Part shown: piece by piece, positions 40,893 through 50,954 of the stretch
Layout: each line of letters opens with the position of its first letter
Position numbering within the stretch: position 1 is the stretch's first letter
Assembly: GCA_047174275.1 (NCBI GenBank)
Contig: JBCQUC010000004.1
Span: 337 to 64,336, forward strand
Source: Rikenellaceae bacterium
Lineage (GTDB): Bacteria > Bacteroidota > Bacteroidia > Bacteroidales > Rikenellaceae
Reading direction: 5' to 3'
Length of the DNA stretch: 64,000 nt
Translations under genes and position numbers: made by a program
The notes under the pieces: generated by a model
The model's input: only the letters and a program-made list of their open reading frames with translations
The model's database searches: none
What the model was told of the DNA's origin: nothing

Positions 40893-43244
40893 CTACTCTT
40901 TTAGGTATATTCTCTTTACTCGTTTTGATATTGATGTGAGCACTTCGTAGCTTATTGTGTCGAGTCTCTTTGCAATATCCTCTGCTGTGTTGCCTTTTTC
41001 GGGAGAGAATATTATAACCTCATCACCCTCCTGAACACCCTCTATATCAGTTATATCTATCATGCAGCTATCCATACATATTCGACCGATAGTTGGTGCT
41101 TTCTCACCATTAATGATTACGCTCCAGCCTCTACACCCTAAATGTCGATTCATTCCATCGGCGTATCCTATCGGGATCGTAGCAATCCTGCTTTTGCGTT
41201 TTGTTACACTAGCTCCGCCATAGCCAATTAATTGTTTAGCTGCTAGCTCTCGAATCTGAACTATCCGACTCTTTAATGTCGATATTGGGGTCAATCCATC
41301 GCACCCAAATCCATAGAGCCCGATCCCTAAACGACACATATCGAATTGAATTTCGGGGTAGTTTATTATCCCTGCCGAGTTTGCAATATGTCGAATAATA
41401 GGGTAGGGTAGTGCCGTTTGCAACCTGCCACTCATCGCCTCAAATTTGGCAACTTGATCTTGGGTATTATACGTCCCCTCCTCTCCCATATCGGCCGATG
41501 AGAGGTGCGAAAATATCGAGGCAACACTTACTACCTCTTTGAGTGCGAGGAGTTGTGTCGTAAGCTCCTCTATGTCATTCTCTTCAAATCCAAGTCGATG
41601 CATTCCAGAGTCGATCTTGATATGTATCGGATACCCCCTCTCTCCATGAGCCGACACCGCAGCAGCAAATGCACGAAGCGACTTAAATGAATATATCTCA
41701 GGCTCTAGCTTCGAATCAACCATCTGTGAGAAGCTACCATCGTCGGCATTAAGCACAATGATCGGCATCGTTATACCGCGCTCTCGAAGCCTACTCCCCT
41801 CGTCGGCAAATGCAACTGCAAGGTAATCAACCCCCTCATGTTGAAGAGTCTGTGCGATCTCAACCTCTCCAGCTCCATAGCTGCTCGCCTTGACCATAGC
41901 TGTCAGCTTTGTCTTTGGTTTTAGGTGCGAGCGGTAGAGGTTTAAGTTCTGTATCATGGCGTTAAGGTCAACCTCCAACGTTGTGGTGTGACTCTGACGC
42001 GCAAGCGTATGGCTAATCTTCTCGAAACGGCTCTCTCGACTCCCCTTTATTAGGATCGTGCGATTTGTGTAGTCATCTGCCGTGATCTTTGAGATCAACT
42101 CCTCGGTGGTGGCGTAAAACTTCGCCTCGCAGTGAAATAACTCTGCCCACTCCGCGATTTTAGCTCCAACGCCAATCAACCGACCAACATGTGCACGTTT
42201 TAGAGCCGAAGCAACTTTTTGGTATAGGATTTTATCCTCGATACCACTCTGTAGAATATCCGACAGAATGATTGTTGTCTCGCCTCCCGAAGCTATCGAT
42301 TGTAGGGTGTCGAGTGCAATAACGAGTGAATTTATGTCGGAGGTATAGCTATCATTTATAATTGTCGAGCCGTTGAGCCCCTCAATTAACTCCAACCTCA
42401 TTGCGATAGGGGTGATAGACTCCTCCTTAACCCTTTGAATCCCCAATGTGTGACATAAAGCCTCTACGATCTGCCAATTCTTTTGCGATGCTATATCCTG
42501 AAAACTCCCTTTCGGGAACTCTGAGGCATCTATATACCTTTTGTTCGAGTAGATCATATGCGATATTAGCTCTCTATATTCGCTGTTATAGATCACCATT
42601 TCGGCTCTCTTCGCAAGTATCATCTTCTCCTCTATCTTCTGCTCCATCGAGCTAAAACCCTCTTGGTGGGCATCTCCGATTGAGGTTATAATGGTGATAT
42701 TTGGTCGGATCATCTCCTCCAATCGCGCCATCTCGTTGGGTCTGGATATTCCAGCCTCGATAAGTGCAATATCCTCATCGCCACCTATCATAAGCAGCGA
42801 CAGCGCAACACCTAGTTGGGAGTTGTAGCTGCGAGGTGACCTAAATATTTTGAGTGACTCTGTTGCCACTTGTGCAATCCACTCCTTAACAACGGTCTTT
42901 CCATTCGAGCCAGTGATTCCAACAACAACCCCTTTGAACTTCGAACGGTGGTCGGCTGCAAGTCTCTGTAGAGCCTCGATTGCGGAGTCAACAACTACAT
43001 ATGAGCAGCCGTTTAGGATCTCCACCTCTTCTCGCTCCACCAAAAACGAGACCACTCCGCGATTAACCATCTGCGGGATAAAATCATGAGAGTCATGATT
43101 AACCCCTCGCATAGCGACAAAGAGCGTCTCCGAGCCAGCGGCAGATCCTCTGGAGTCTACCACCACCTCATTAACCACCTGGTCAGCCCCTCGAAGAGTG
43201 CCACCAGTGATCCTTGCTATATCGCTTAATCTATAATTCATCAA
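40893..43244 (-). CDS. alr: Bifunctional MurF-domain/alanine racemase
   Basis: N-terminal GITGSNGKT..KE Mur domain; C-terminal MVKASSYG (PLP Lys), KIDSGMHRLG, IGYADG, GRICMD. Confidence 0.93.
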   Translation of the reverse strand: MMNYRLSDIARITGGTLRGADQVVNEVVVDSRGSAAGSETLFVAMRGVNHDSHDFIPQMVNRGVVSFLVEREEVEILNGCSYVVVDSAIEALQRLAADHRSKFKGVVVGITGSNGKTVVKEWIAQVATESLKIFRSPRSYNSQLGVALSLLMIGGDEDIALIEAGISRPNEMARLEEMIRPNITIITSIGDAHQEGFSSMEQKIEEKMILAKRAEMVIYNSEYRELISHMIYSNKRYIDASEFPKGSFQDIASQKNWQIVEALCHTLGIQRVKEESITPIAMRLELIEGLNGSTIINDSYTSDINSLVIALDTLQSIASGGETTIILSDILQSGIEDKILYQKVASALKRAHVGRLIGVGAKIAEWAELFHCEAKFYATTEELISKITADDYTNRTILIKGSRESRFEKISHTLARQSHTTTLEVDLNAMIQNLNLYRSHLKPKTKLTAMVKASSYGAGEVEIAQTLQHEGVDYLAVAFADEGSRLRERGITMPIIVLNADDGSFSQMVDSKLEPEIYSFKSLRAFAAAVSAHGERGYPIHIKIDSGMHRLGFEENDIEELTTQLLALKEVVSVASIFSHLSSADMGEEGTYNTQDQVAKFEAMSGRLQTALPYPIIRHIANSAGIINYPEIQFDMCRLGIGLYGFGCDGLTPISTLKSRIVQIRELAAKQLIGYGGASVTKRKSRIATIPIGYADGMNRHLGCRGWSVIINGEKAPTIGRICMDSCMIDITDIEGVQEGDEVIIFSPEKGNTAEDIAKRLDTISYEVLTSISKRVKRIYLKE

Positions 43245-43276
43245 TTAATTCATTTTTGCCAAATTAGGGGCTTGCC

Positions 43277-43536
43277 TTTGTACCATGTTTCGACTCTGAA
43301 AGAGTCGTCATCCTGAACTTGATTCAGGATCTCCCGAATTTCGCCAAAGGCGGAATCTCGGGAACATTATCAAATTTTTGTAATACTCTCTTTTTCTACG
43401 TATTCTCTTCGTGCCCGAGATTTAGTTTCACTAAATTCGGGAGATCCTGAATCAAGTTCAGGATGACGAATCCGTTGGATTCGATAACATGCTACCAATA
43501 GAGTTACTCCTGTCATCCTTTTATCGGACACGAATA
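43277..43536. mobile_element. Family 1 element, copy F (different spacer with extra nested IRs)
   Basis: REP doublet (TGATTC variant) enclosing CCCGAATTT/AAATTCGGG inverted arms; right outer TIR present. Confidence 0.8.
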
Positions 43537-43539
43537 AAA

Positions 43540-46044
43540 TTAATTAAATTCAACTACCGTGATTCCAGAGCCACCTCTGTCCGCGTGTGCATCGACAGCC
43601 CGACCAACATCTGGAACGCTCATTAAGTATCGTCGTATCTCCTCCTTTAGAGCTCCAGTCCCCTTTCCATGAAGAATAGCAACGGAGCTTACACCCATCA
43701 TCAAAGCGTCATCAATAAAGTTCTGAACCATATCCAGAGCCTCCGATGCCCGTTTCCCTCGAACATCGATGTTATCCTTGAAGTTTAACTTTCTGCTCGA
43801 TATATCGACCGAGATACGAGTTCGAGGTATTACAGGTTTTGTTGCACGCTTATACTCTGAGTTCGATACCACACTCAAAGAGTCTAGATTGACCGTGGTA
43901 AAAATCTGACCAAAGGCAACTTGCGCCTTTTTGCCCTTAATCGAATGAACCTCCCCCAATGTCTCTTGACCCTCTATTCTCACCTTCGAACCAACCGTAA
44001 CCTCTGCTGGCTTCTCTGGTTCGGGGGTGATCTCTTCGATCTGCTCTGCGCCCTGCCTCTCTCTTCTCTCTTTGCGTTTTTGTTTTCGTCTTTCGAGCCT
44101 CTCCATCTCGCGAAGCACCGCAGCCTCTTTGTCTGCCTCCTCTTGTTTGCGACTCTCCACACTCTCTTTGAATGTGTCGAACTCTTTGCGCGCTAAACGG
44201 GTTAACTCCTTTTCGGCTTGTGACTCGCGTATTGTCTTGATCGTGCTCTCGATCTGCTTATTTGCCTCTGCAATTAGAGCCTTCGCCTCAGCTTTAGCCT
44301 TCGCTATAATTGCATTACGCTCCTCTCGGATCTTTGAGAGTTGATCGGAGTAGTTTTGCTCCAACATCTCCACTTTGCGATCTGTATGTCTAATTCTCTC
44401 TCGCTTCTGCTCCCAATAACGTTTGTCACGTGCAATTTCGCGAAGCTGCTTTTCGAGGTTTATATGTTCGCTACCCGCTTTGTCGCTTGCTGCTCGAATA
44501 ATATCCTCTGGAAGTCCGATCTTGCGTGCAATCTCAATTGCAAACGAGCTACCTGGTTTTCCCATCTCCAGTTTGAAGAGTGGGCGTATATTCTGCACAT
44601 CGAAGCTCATAGCTCCATTTGCGATGCCAGCGGTCGATGATGCGTAATACTTAATATTGGAGTAGTGGGTAGTTATCACACCATAAGCCCCTTTGGATAG
44701 CAACCTATCAAGTATCGCCTCGGCAATAGCACCTCCAATTACAGGCTCTGTTCCCGATCCGAACTCATCGATCAATACCAACGATCTATCACAAGCACCA
44801 GCGATCATACTCTTCATATTGTAGAGGTGCGACGAGTATGTCGATAGATCATTGTCGATCGACTGCTCATCTCCAATATCAATATATAGAGACTCAAAGA
44901 TCGGAAGCTCAGAGTTTTCAGAGGCAGGGACTAAAAATCCACACTGAAACATATACTGCACAATCCCCGTGGTCTTGAGGCATACCGATTTACCTCCTGC
45001 ATTTGGGCCCGAGATAACCAATATATGCTTTTCGCGGTCAATCTCCAGATCCAACGGTACAATCTCTCTGTTGTTTGCCTTTAGAGTCTGAGCCAAAAGT
45101 GGATGCCTTGCAGAACGAAGCTCCAGATGCCCCTCGTCGGAGATTATAGGCATAACACACTCATTCTCAATTGCCCACATTGCCTTGGCACACAACATAT
45201 CTATATCGCTCAGATAGTCGCTAGCGGTCGCTATATCATCGATGCTTGGACGTATAGACTCCGTGAATGCTGTCAATATCCTAACTATCTCGCGACGCTC
45301 TGCATATTGTAGTTCGCGTAGCTCATTGTTGATCTCAACAACCTCTACAGGCTCGATATAAACGGTCTTTCCTGTTGCCGATTCATCGTGTATAAATCCA
45401 TCCAACTTGCGTTTATTTCCAGCAGCAACGGGGATCACCGCTCGACCATCGCGTATCGAGATCATCGCCTCTGTGTCGACTAGTCCAGCACCCTTTGCCT
45501 GAGCTAAGATCTGTTGCAGACGCTTCGAGGCTCTCGCTTCACGTTCGCGGATCTGTCGACGGATCTGTTGTAGCTCCGACGATGCACTATCCTTTATTAG
45601 ATTGAATTTGTCGACTATCGTATCAATCTGTGCAACAATAGCGGCAAACGAGACTAAATTTTCGCCACGTCTAAGGAGCGAAAGGTAGCTATCTGCACTA
45701 TCCTCCGCTCGCTTGCGAATAAAGCGTGTGATCTCATCTACAGCGACCAACGAACGTCTTAGAGCCACAATCTCCTCCACATCAAGGAAGCTACCGATGA
45801 TCGAGATCTTATTTACAATCCCCTCAATATCGCTATAGCCACCGCGAGGAAATCCGCTCTCCATCATCAACATCGAACGCATCTCGTTGGTCAGCATCAA
45901 GCGCAGAAGTATCTCCTTTTTCTGGTTCGAAAAACCTTGTGATAGAACTTTCTCCGCAGCTGAGGTTATTGTACACTTTGCCGCCACCTGTTCGCGGAGG
46001 CGGTCAAAACTCAATTTTTGCTCAAAATTTTGAGGGTATATCAT
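43540..46044 (-). CDS. mutS2: MutS2 (ATPase plus Smr domain)
   Basis: SGPNAGGKSV, DIGDEQS, DEFGSGTEP, TTHY; Smr domain IDVRG..ILHGKGTG. Confidence 0.95.
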   Translation of the reverse strand: MIYPQNFEQKLSFDRLREQVAAKCTITSAAEKVLSQGFSNQKKEILLRLMLTNEMRSMLMMESGFPRGGYSDIEGIVNKISIIGSFLDVEEIVALRRSLVAVDEITRFIRKRAEDSADSYLSLLRRGENLVSFAAIVAQIDTIVDKFNLIKDSASSELQQIRRQIREREARASKRLQQILAQAKGAGLVDTEAMISIRDGRAVIPVAAGNKRKLDGFIHDESATGKTVYIEPVEVVEINNELRELQYAERREIVRILTAFTESIRPSIDDIATASDYLSDIDMLCAKAMWAIENECVMPIISDEGHLELRSARHPLLAQTLKANNREIVPLDLEIDREKHILVISGPNAGGKSVCLKTTGIVQYMFQCGFLVPASENSELPIFESLYIDIGDEQSIDNDLSTYSSHLYNMKSMIAGACDRSLVLIDEFGSGTEPVIGGAIAEAILDRLLSKGAYGVITTHYSNIKYYASSTAGIANGAMSFDVQNIRPLFKLEMGKPGSSFAIEIARKIGLPEDIIRAASDKAGSEHINLEKQLREIARDKRYWEQKRERIRHTDRKVEMLEQNYSDQLSKIREERNAIIAKAKAEAKALIAEANKQIESTIKTIRESQAEKELTRLARKEFDTFKESVESRKQEEADKEAAVLREMERLERRKQKRKERRERQGAEQIEEITPEPEKPAEVTVGSKVRIEGQETLGEVHSIKGKKAQVAFGQIFTTVNLDSLSVVSNSEYKRATKPVIPRTRISVDISSRKLNFKDNIDVRGKRASEALDMVQNFIDDALMMGVSSVAILHGKGTGALKEEIRRYLMSVPDVGRAVDAHADRGGSGITVVEFN

Positions 46045-46067
46045 CTAAAACTCTCTCTTCTTACTTT

Positions 46068-47081
46068 TTATTTGCTCGCTTTGCGTGCATCGTTTACAGC
46101 ATCTTTCTCCCTCTCAACAGCATCTTTTATCATGCGCTTCTCCGCTTTGATCTCCTGTTTAAGGGCACTGCGACCAAATACCGATACATTGATATACCTT
46201 GCTGGATTATCCTTGAAATCATAGAGCAGCGAGTCTAGATTTGCAGTTGCTGATGTCAAATTCAGATACAACTCTTCGTCGTTGAGGATTCTACCCATTG
46301 TGCCCTCTGGATTGTTGAGCTGAGCCATCAGGGTGTTGATCTGATCGAGTGATTTCGAGAGTGATGTTCCCACCTGCGCTTCACTAAGATCTGTCGATAG
46401 AGTGTTGATATTTCTGATTATACTGTCGATCTGTGGAGCTCTCTCGCCCATCGTCTCCGACAACTTCGAGAAGCCACCAACCATTGTTGTTAGACTCTGT
46501 TGATTCTGCTCGACGAGTATATTTAGATTTGCCGATAGGGCATCCATATTACTCAACATATTTGTTATATTTTGAGTGTTTCCTTCGAGTAGGATGTTCA
46601 AATTTTCGAGTGTCGTTGATAGCTCCGAAGTGACATTATTGATACGCTCTTTGAGGAACTCCAATTCAGAACTAGCTGTATCTAAGATCCCCTTGTCGCG
46701 ACTCGACGGAACCTCGTCGCCTGCCGAAAGGAACTCATCGCTATCTCCTAGTATCAACTCAATTGCTGTAGGCCCCATAATGCTGCTGTTGTAGATTCGA
46801 GCCACAGAGTTTTTTGGAATCCTGATGTTGTTTTTGACCATAAGTCGAAGAACAACATCTGCGTTATAAGTTGGATTGAGTATTATCTCGCTAACACTTC
46901 CCACCTTGACACCTTTGATAAGGACTGGCGAAGAGTTCTGTACGCCATCTATCTGGTCATAGCTAGCATAGTATTCAATGTCGCTACTAAATAGGTCTGT
47001 GCCACTAAGAAAGCGTATACCACCCCACGCTGCTAGGATCATTAGAATTGTGAAAATACCAATCTTAACCTCTTTTTTCAT
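46068..47081 (-). CDS. MlaD/MCE-family protein
   Basis: N-terminal TM KE.KIG, V.IKGVKVG.V..I, C-terminal coiled coil. Confidence 0.85.
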   Translation of the reverse strand: MKKEVKIGIFTILMILAAWGGIRFLSGTDLFSSDIEYYASYDQIDGVQNSSPVLIKGVKVGSVSEIILNPTYNADVVLRLMVKNNIRIPKNSVARIYNSSIMGPTAIELILGDSDEFLSAGDEVPSSRDKGILDTASSELEFLKERINNVTSELSTTLENLNILLEGNTQNITNMLSNMDALSANLNILVEQNQQSLTTMVGGFSKLSETMGERAPQIDSIIRNINTLSTDLSEAQVGTSLSKSLDQINTLMAQLNNPEGTMGRILNDEELYLNLTSATANLDSLLYDFKDNPARYINVSVFGRSALKQEIKAEKRMIKDAVEREKDAVNDARKASK

Positions 47082-47104
47082 TATTATCTAACTTTAAATT
47101 TTAA

Positions 47105-48172
47105 TTACTTACCAAACGTTGTGATGTATGCATCTTTGAATGACAGCTTTACGCTCTTTAGATCAGCATCAGCCTCCGCCTTGGTCGCATATTTACCTAT
47201 GCAATATCTATACTTATATTTGCCTGTTGAGGTAATAAACCACTGTTGTCCTACATATGACTTAAATTGACGGTCGTTGTCTGCTAGGACTTTAGTCGAA
47301 GAGAGTATCTGGATCGTATACCCTTTTTTGAGTTCGCTTTTGCCTCTGTTTGGAGATGTTGTAGGTGTGGTGGTAGATGCAGATGATCCAGATGTTCTAT
47401 TAATCATCTCGATATATGCATCAATTCCATCGAAGATCGATCGAGCAATCTCCTGCTGTCCCTTCGTGGATGTCATATATGCCAACTCTTTGGCGTTGCT
47501 CATAAATCCGATCTCGGTCAGAACACATGGCATATCTGTTCCATATAGCACCATGATTGGTTGGCGACGAAGATCTCGAACTTTTCTGTTGTGTTTTCCG
47601 TAGCTGGTCTGTATCAAACGAGCCAGAGCTTCGCTATATTGCCCATATGTGAATTGCAGATTCTGGATATATGCCCTAACTATAGCAGCTGTCTTTTGAT
47701 CCGACATATCGATCAGATACTCCGCATTTGCGGTGTATAGAGCGGTATCGTTGCGTTGTTTTTCGAGCGATGACTCTCCCATAATAATCGTCTCAGCTCC
47801 ATATGCCGATGTGTTGGATGCAGCGTTGGCGTGTATCGAGATAAATATATCGCCGTTTGCATCATTGGCAATTTTGGAGCGAGCTCCTAGATCCTCACGT
47901 AGGACTGTTGAGAGATGTTTGTCTGTTGTTCGAGTGAATATAACCTTTATATTGGGGTGCTCTTTTTTGATGATATCTCCTAGCTTCAGAGCTACCGCTA
48001 AGTTGATCTCTTTTTCGGTTACACCTTTGTATTGTGCGCCAGGAAAATTACCACCATGACCAGGGTCTATAATTATGGTTTTAACCCCCTGAGCACAAGT
48101 GTGTTGAGGGGCGAAAACTGATGTAAGCAGAAGGATGGCTATTGCAGCTTTGAAAAAAAAATGGGTTTTCAC
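47105..48172 (-). CDS. N-acetylmuramoyl-L-alanine amidase (Amidase_3)
   Basis: IDPGHGG, EKEINL, ISIHAN, VLTEIGF. Confidence 0.92.
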   Translation of the reverse strand: MKTHFFFKAAIAILLLTSVFAPQHTCAQGVKTIIIDPGHGGNFPGAQYKGVTEKEINLAVALKLGDIIKKEHPNIKVIFTRTTDKHLSTVLREDLGARSKIANDANGDIFISIHANAASNTSAYGAETIIMGESSLEKQRNDTALYTANAEYLIDMSDQKTAAIVRAYIQNLQFTYGQYSEALARLIQTSYGKHNRKVRDLRRQPIMVLYGTDMPCVLTEIGFMSNAKELAYMTSTKGQQEIARSIFDGIDAYIEMINRTSGSSASTTTPTTSPNRGKSELKKGYTIQILSSTKVLADNDRQFKSYVGQQWFITSTGKYKYRYCIGKYATKAEADADLKSVKLSFKDAYITTFGK

Positions 48173-48246
48173 GTCTTTAAATAAGGGCTATATATATAAT
48201 TTTAACTATATTTGTCGTTTGTAAATCAAGCCTTCTGGCCACTCTG

Positions 48247-50949
48247 ATGGGTATTTTCTATCCGTCATGTGGTCTTGTAAAGGTATGTAAATTTTGTTTT
48301 GCCGACTCTGTCGGCAAAGTTACATTTTTTTTTGAGATTTTGTATAAATTTAAGATAAAATATCTCCTTTCGCTACTTATCATGCTATTTTCTGTAGAGT
48401 TGGTAATTGGTGAGGATACTCTTCCTACGCTTGTTGAGGAGGAGTCGCTAGCTGTTGATCGTGACACTACTGTGGTGAACAGACCGAAACCTCGAAATCT
48501 GCTTGATGATGTAATGAAGGGGCAGAATGAGGACTCTCTCTACTATGATGTGAAGGGGCAGACGGTCTACATCTACAATCAGGGAGATATAACATACCAA
48601 AACAAGGGGTTAAAGGCGGATCTTATGAGAATAGATATGGCTCGAAATGAGATCTTCGCCTATGGTAAGCAGATCGATTCACTCGGAACGACAATCACTA
48701 CGCAGCCAGTCTTTGTGGATGGCGGAACATCATACACAATGGATACAATCACCTACAACCTTAAGAGCGAAAAGGCAAAGATCAAGGGTGTGGCGACGCA
48801 AGAGAGCGATGGATGGTTGGTAGGATATGATGTGAAGAAGATGAAGGATAACACGATCAATATCAAGGGTGGTAAGTATACCACTTGCGACCATACGGAT
48901 CATCCTCACTTCTATTTGGCGATGACCAAGGCGAAGGTGATGCCAGGGCAAAAGGTTATCTCAGGGCCTGCTTATTTTGTTATGGAGGATGTGCCGATCT
49001 ACTTTTTGGGTATCCCAGAGGGTTTCTTCCCGATCAATTCAGGGCCTCGTTCGGGTCTTTTGATGCCTTCGTATGGAGAGGATGGGTCGAAGGGATTCTT
49101 CTTGCGTGATCTGGGCTACTACTTTACAATCAACGACTATATGGATCTGGCAGTTACAGCTGGTATCTACTCTTATGGATCGTGGGAACTTAATACATCA
49201 TCAAAGTATATTAAGAAGTATAAATATTCGGGAAACTTTACCCTCAATTATGCTAGCACCGTGCTTGGTGAGTTTGGAGATGACGACTACACAAAACAGA
49301 ACGCATTTAAGATCCAGTGGTCGCACTCCCAAGATGCAAAGGCGAGTTTGAGTTCGACATTCTCTGCCTCGGTAAACTTCTCGACGAGTGGATATAGCAA
49401 ATATTCGGCAACTACGCTCTCTGATATGTTGACAAGCCAAACTAACTCCTCGATCTCCTACTCCAAGAGTTGGGACAATGTATCGTTGTCGACAAGTATG
49501 TCCATATCTCAATACTCCGAGACAGCATCTATTTCGATGACACTTCCAACGGCGGTTTTAAGTGTTTCGCGATTCTACCCATTCAAATTTGGTGACACTA
49601 TCGGCGATGACAAGTGGTATGAGAAGATCTCGATGACCTATACGGGAAAGATGACAAATAGCCTCTCAACTACCGAGAGTGAGATCTTTACCAAATCCTC
49701 GTTAGACAACATGAAGCATGGTATCGAACACAGCATCCCAGTCTCAGCATCGTTTAGTTTATTCGACTATATCAACATCACACCAAGTGTGAGTTATACG
49801 GAGAAGTGGTACTTCAAACGCGAGATGCAGGAGTGGAATCCAGTAACTAACGAGATCGACACAATGGATCCAGAGTATGGATTCTATCGTCTCTACAACT
49901 ATAGCACTTCAGCTTCGGCTTCAACCACAATCTATGGAATGTATCAAGCTCGCAAAAAGGAGAATCCAGTGCAGGCGATTCGACATACCTTAACTCCAAC
50001 TGTGGGAATCTCATATGCTCCAGACTTCTCAAGTCAGAAATATGGCTATCAGGCGACTGTGCAGAGTGACTCTTTAGGAACAACGAAAACCTACTCACCA
50101 TACACCAATAACGCATATGGAGTTCCATCATCGGGTCGTAATATGTCGGCTACATTCTCTCTGTCACAGAATTTGGAGATGAAGGTTCTCTCGAAGCGCG
50201 ACACATCGGGTGTGAAGAAGGTGACTCTTATAGATCAGTTGAGCTTGAGTGGATCGTATAACTTCTTGGCAGATTCGATGAAGCTCTCGACAATTCCAGT
50301 CTCTTTTAGAACGACGCTGTTCGGAAACTTCGGATTGAACCTCTCATTTACACTCGATCCTTATAGAGTGAGTCCAGAGGGTAAACGTTACGATAAACTA
50401 TTCTTCCCAGGGCGTATCACCTCTACCTCTTGGTCGTATGGTTACACCTTTAAATCGCGAGAGGATAAGTCGAAGACGGCTATAAATGATATTAATAGTA
50501 TTCCAGCGGAGTATTTTAACCCATTCTCAGATCCGTATGGTACGATGGATCCGATTTTGAGGCGACAATATATGGCAGCCTCCTATTATGACTTCTCGAT
50601 ACCTTGGAATCTGGGATTTAACTATGTTATTAGTTATGGAGTCACCTATACTGATAATGGTACGACAGGATACGAACCCAATATAACCCAATCGGTTAGT
50701 TTTAATGGCTCGGTGAATCTGACAGATAAGATGGGACTCACCTTTACGGGAGGTTACGATATAAAGAATATGGAGTTGACAACATCGTCGGTCTCGATAT
50801 CGCGTGATCTGCACTGTTGGCAGATGTCTTTTTCGTGGATTCCATTCGGATATTATCGAAGCTGGAGCTTCAATATTGGGGTGAAGTCGTCGGCACTGGC
50901 AGATATCAAGTATGATAAGAGCCAGAGTATGTATGATAATCTATACTAA
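48247..50949 (+). CDS. LptD-like outer-membrane LPS assembly protein
   Basis: YTTCD..PHFY, large beta-barrel, DLHCWQM.F.W.PFG; the true start may be the TTG at 48340. Confidence 0.8.
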   Translation: MGIFYPSCGLVKVCKFCFADSVGKVTFFFEILYKFKIKYLLSLLIMLFSVELVIGEDTLPTLVEEESLAVDRDTTVVNRPKPRNLLDDVMKGQNEDSLYYDVKGQTVYIYNQGDITYQNKGLKADLMRIDMARNEIFAYGKQIDSLGTTITTQPVFVDGGTSYTMDTITYNLKSEKAKIKGVATQESDGWLVGYDVKKMKDNTINIKGGKYTTCDHTDHPHFYLAMTKAKVMPGQKVISGPAYFVMEDVPIYFLGIPEGFFPINSGPRSGLLMPSYGEDGSKGFFLRDLGYYFTINDYMDLAVTAGIYSYGSWELNTSSKYIKKYKYSGNFTLNYASTVLGEFGDDDYTKQNAFKIQWSHSQDAKASLSSTFSASVNFSTSGYSKYSATTLSDMLTSQTNSSISYSKSWDNVSLSTSMSISQYSETASISMTLPTAVLSVSRFYPFKFGDTIGDDKWYEKISMTYTGKMTNSLSTTESEIFTKSSLDNMKHGIEHSIPVSASFSLFDYINITPSVSYTEKWYFKREMQEWNPVTNEIDTMDPEYGFYRLYNYSTSASASTTIYGMYQARKKENPVQAIRHTLTPTVGISYAPDFSSQKYGYQATVQSDSLGTTKTYSPYTNNAYGVPSSGRNMSATFSLSQNLEMKVLSKRDTSGVKKVTLIDQLSLSGSYNFLADSMKLSTIPVSFRTTLFGNFGLNLSFTLDPYRVSPEGKRYDKLFFPGRITSTSWSYGYTFKSREDKSKTAINDINSIPAEYFNPFSDPYGTMDPILRRQYMAASYYDFSIPWNLGFNYVISYGVTYTDNGTTGYEPNITQSVSFNGSVNLTDKMGLTFTGGYDIKNMELTTSSVSISRDLHCWQMSFSWIPFGYYRSWSFNIGVKSSALADIKYDKSQSMYDNLY

Positions 50950-50954
50950 ACTTT

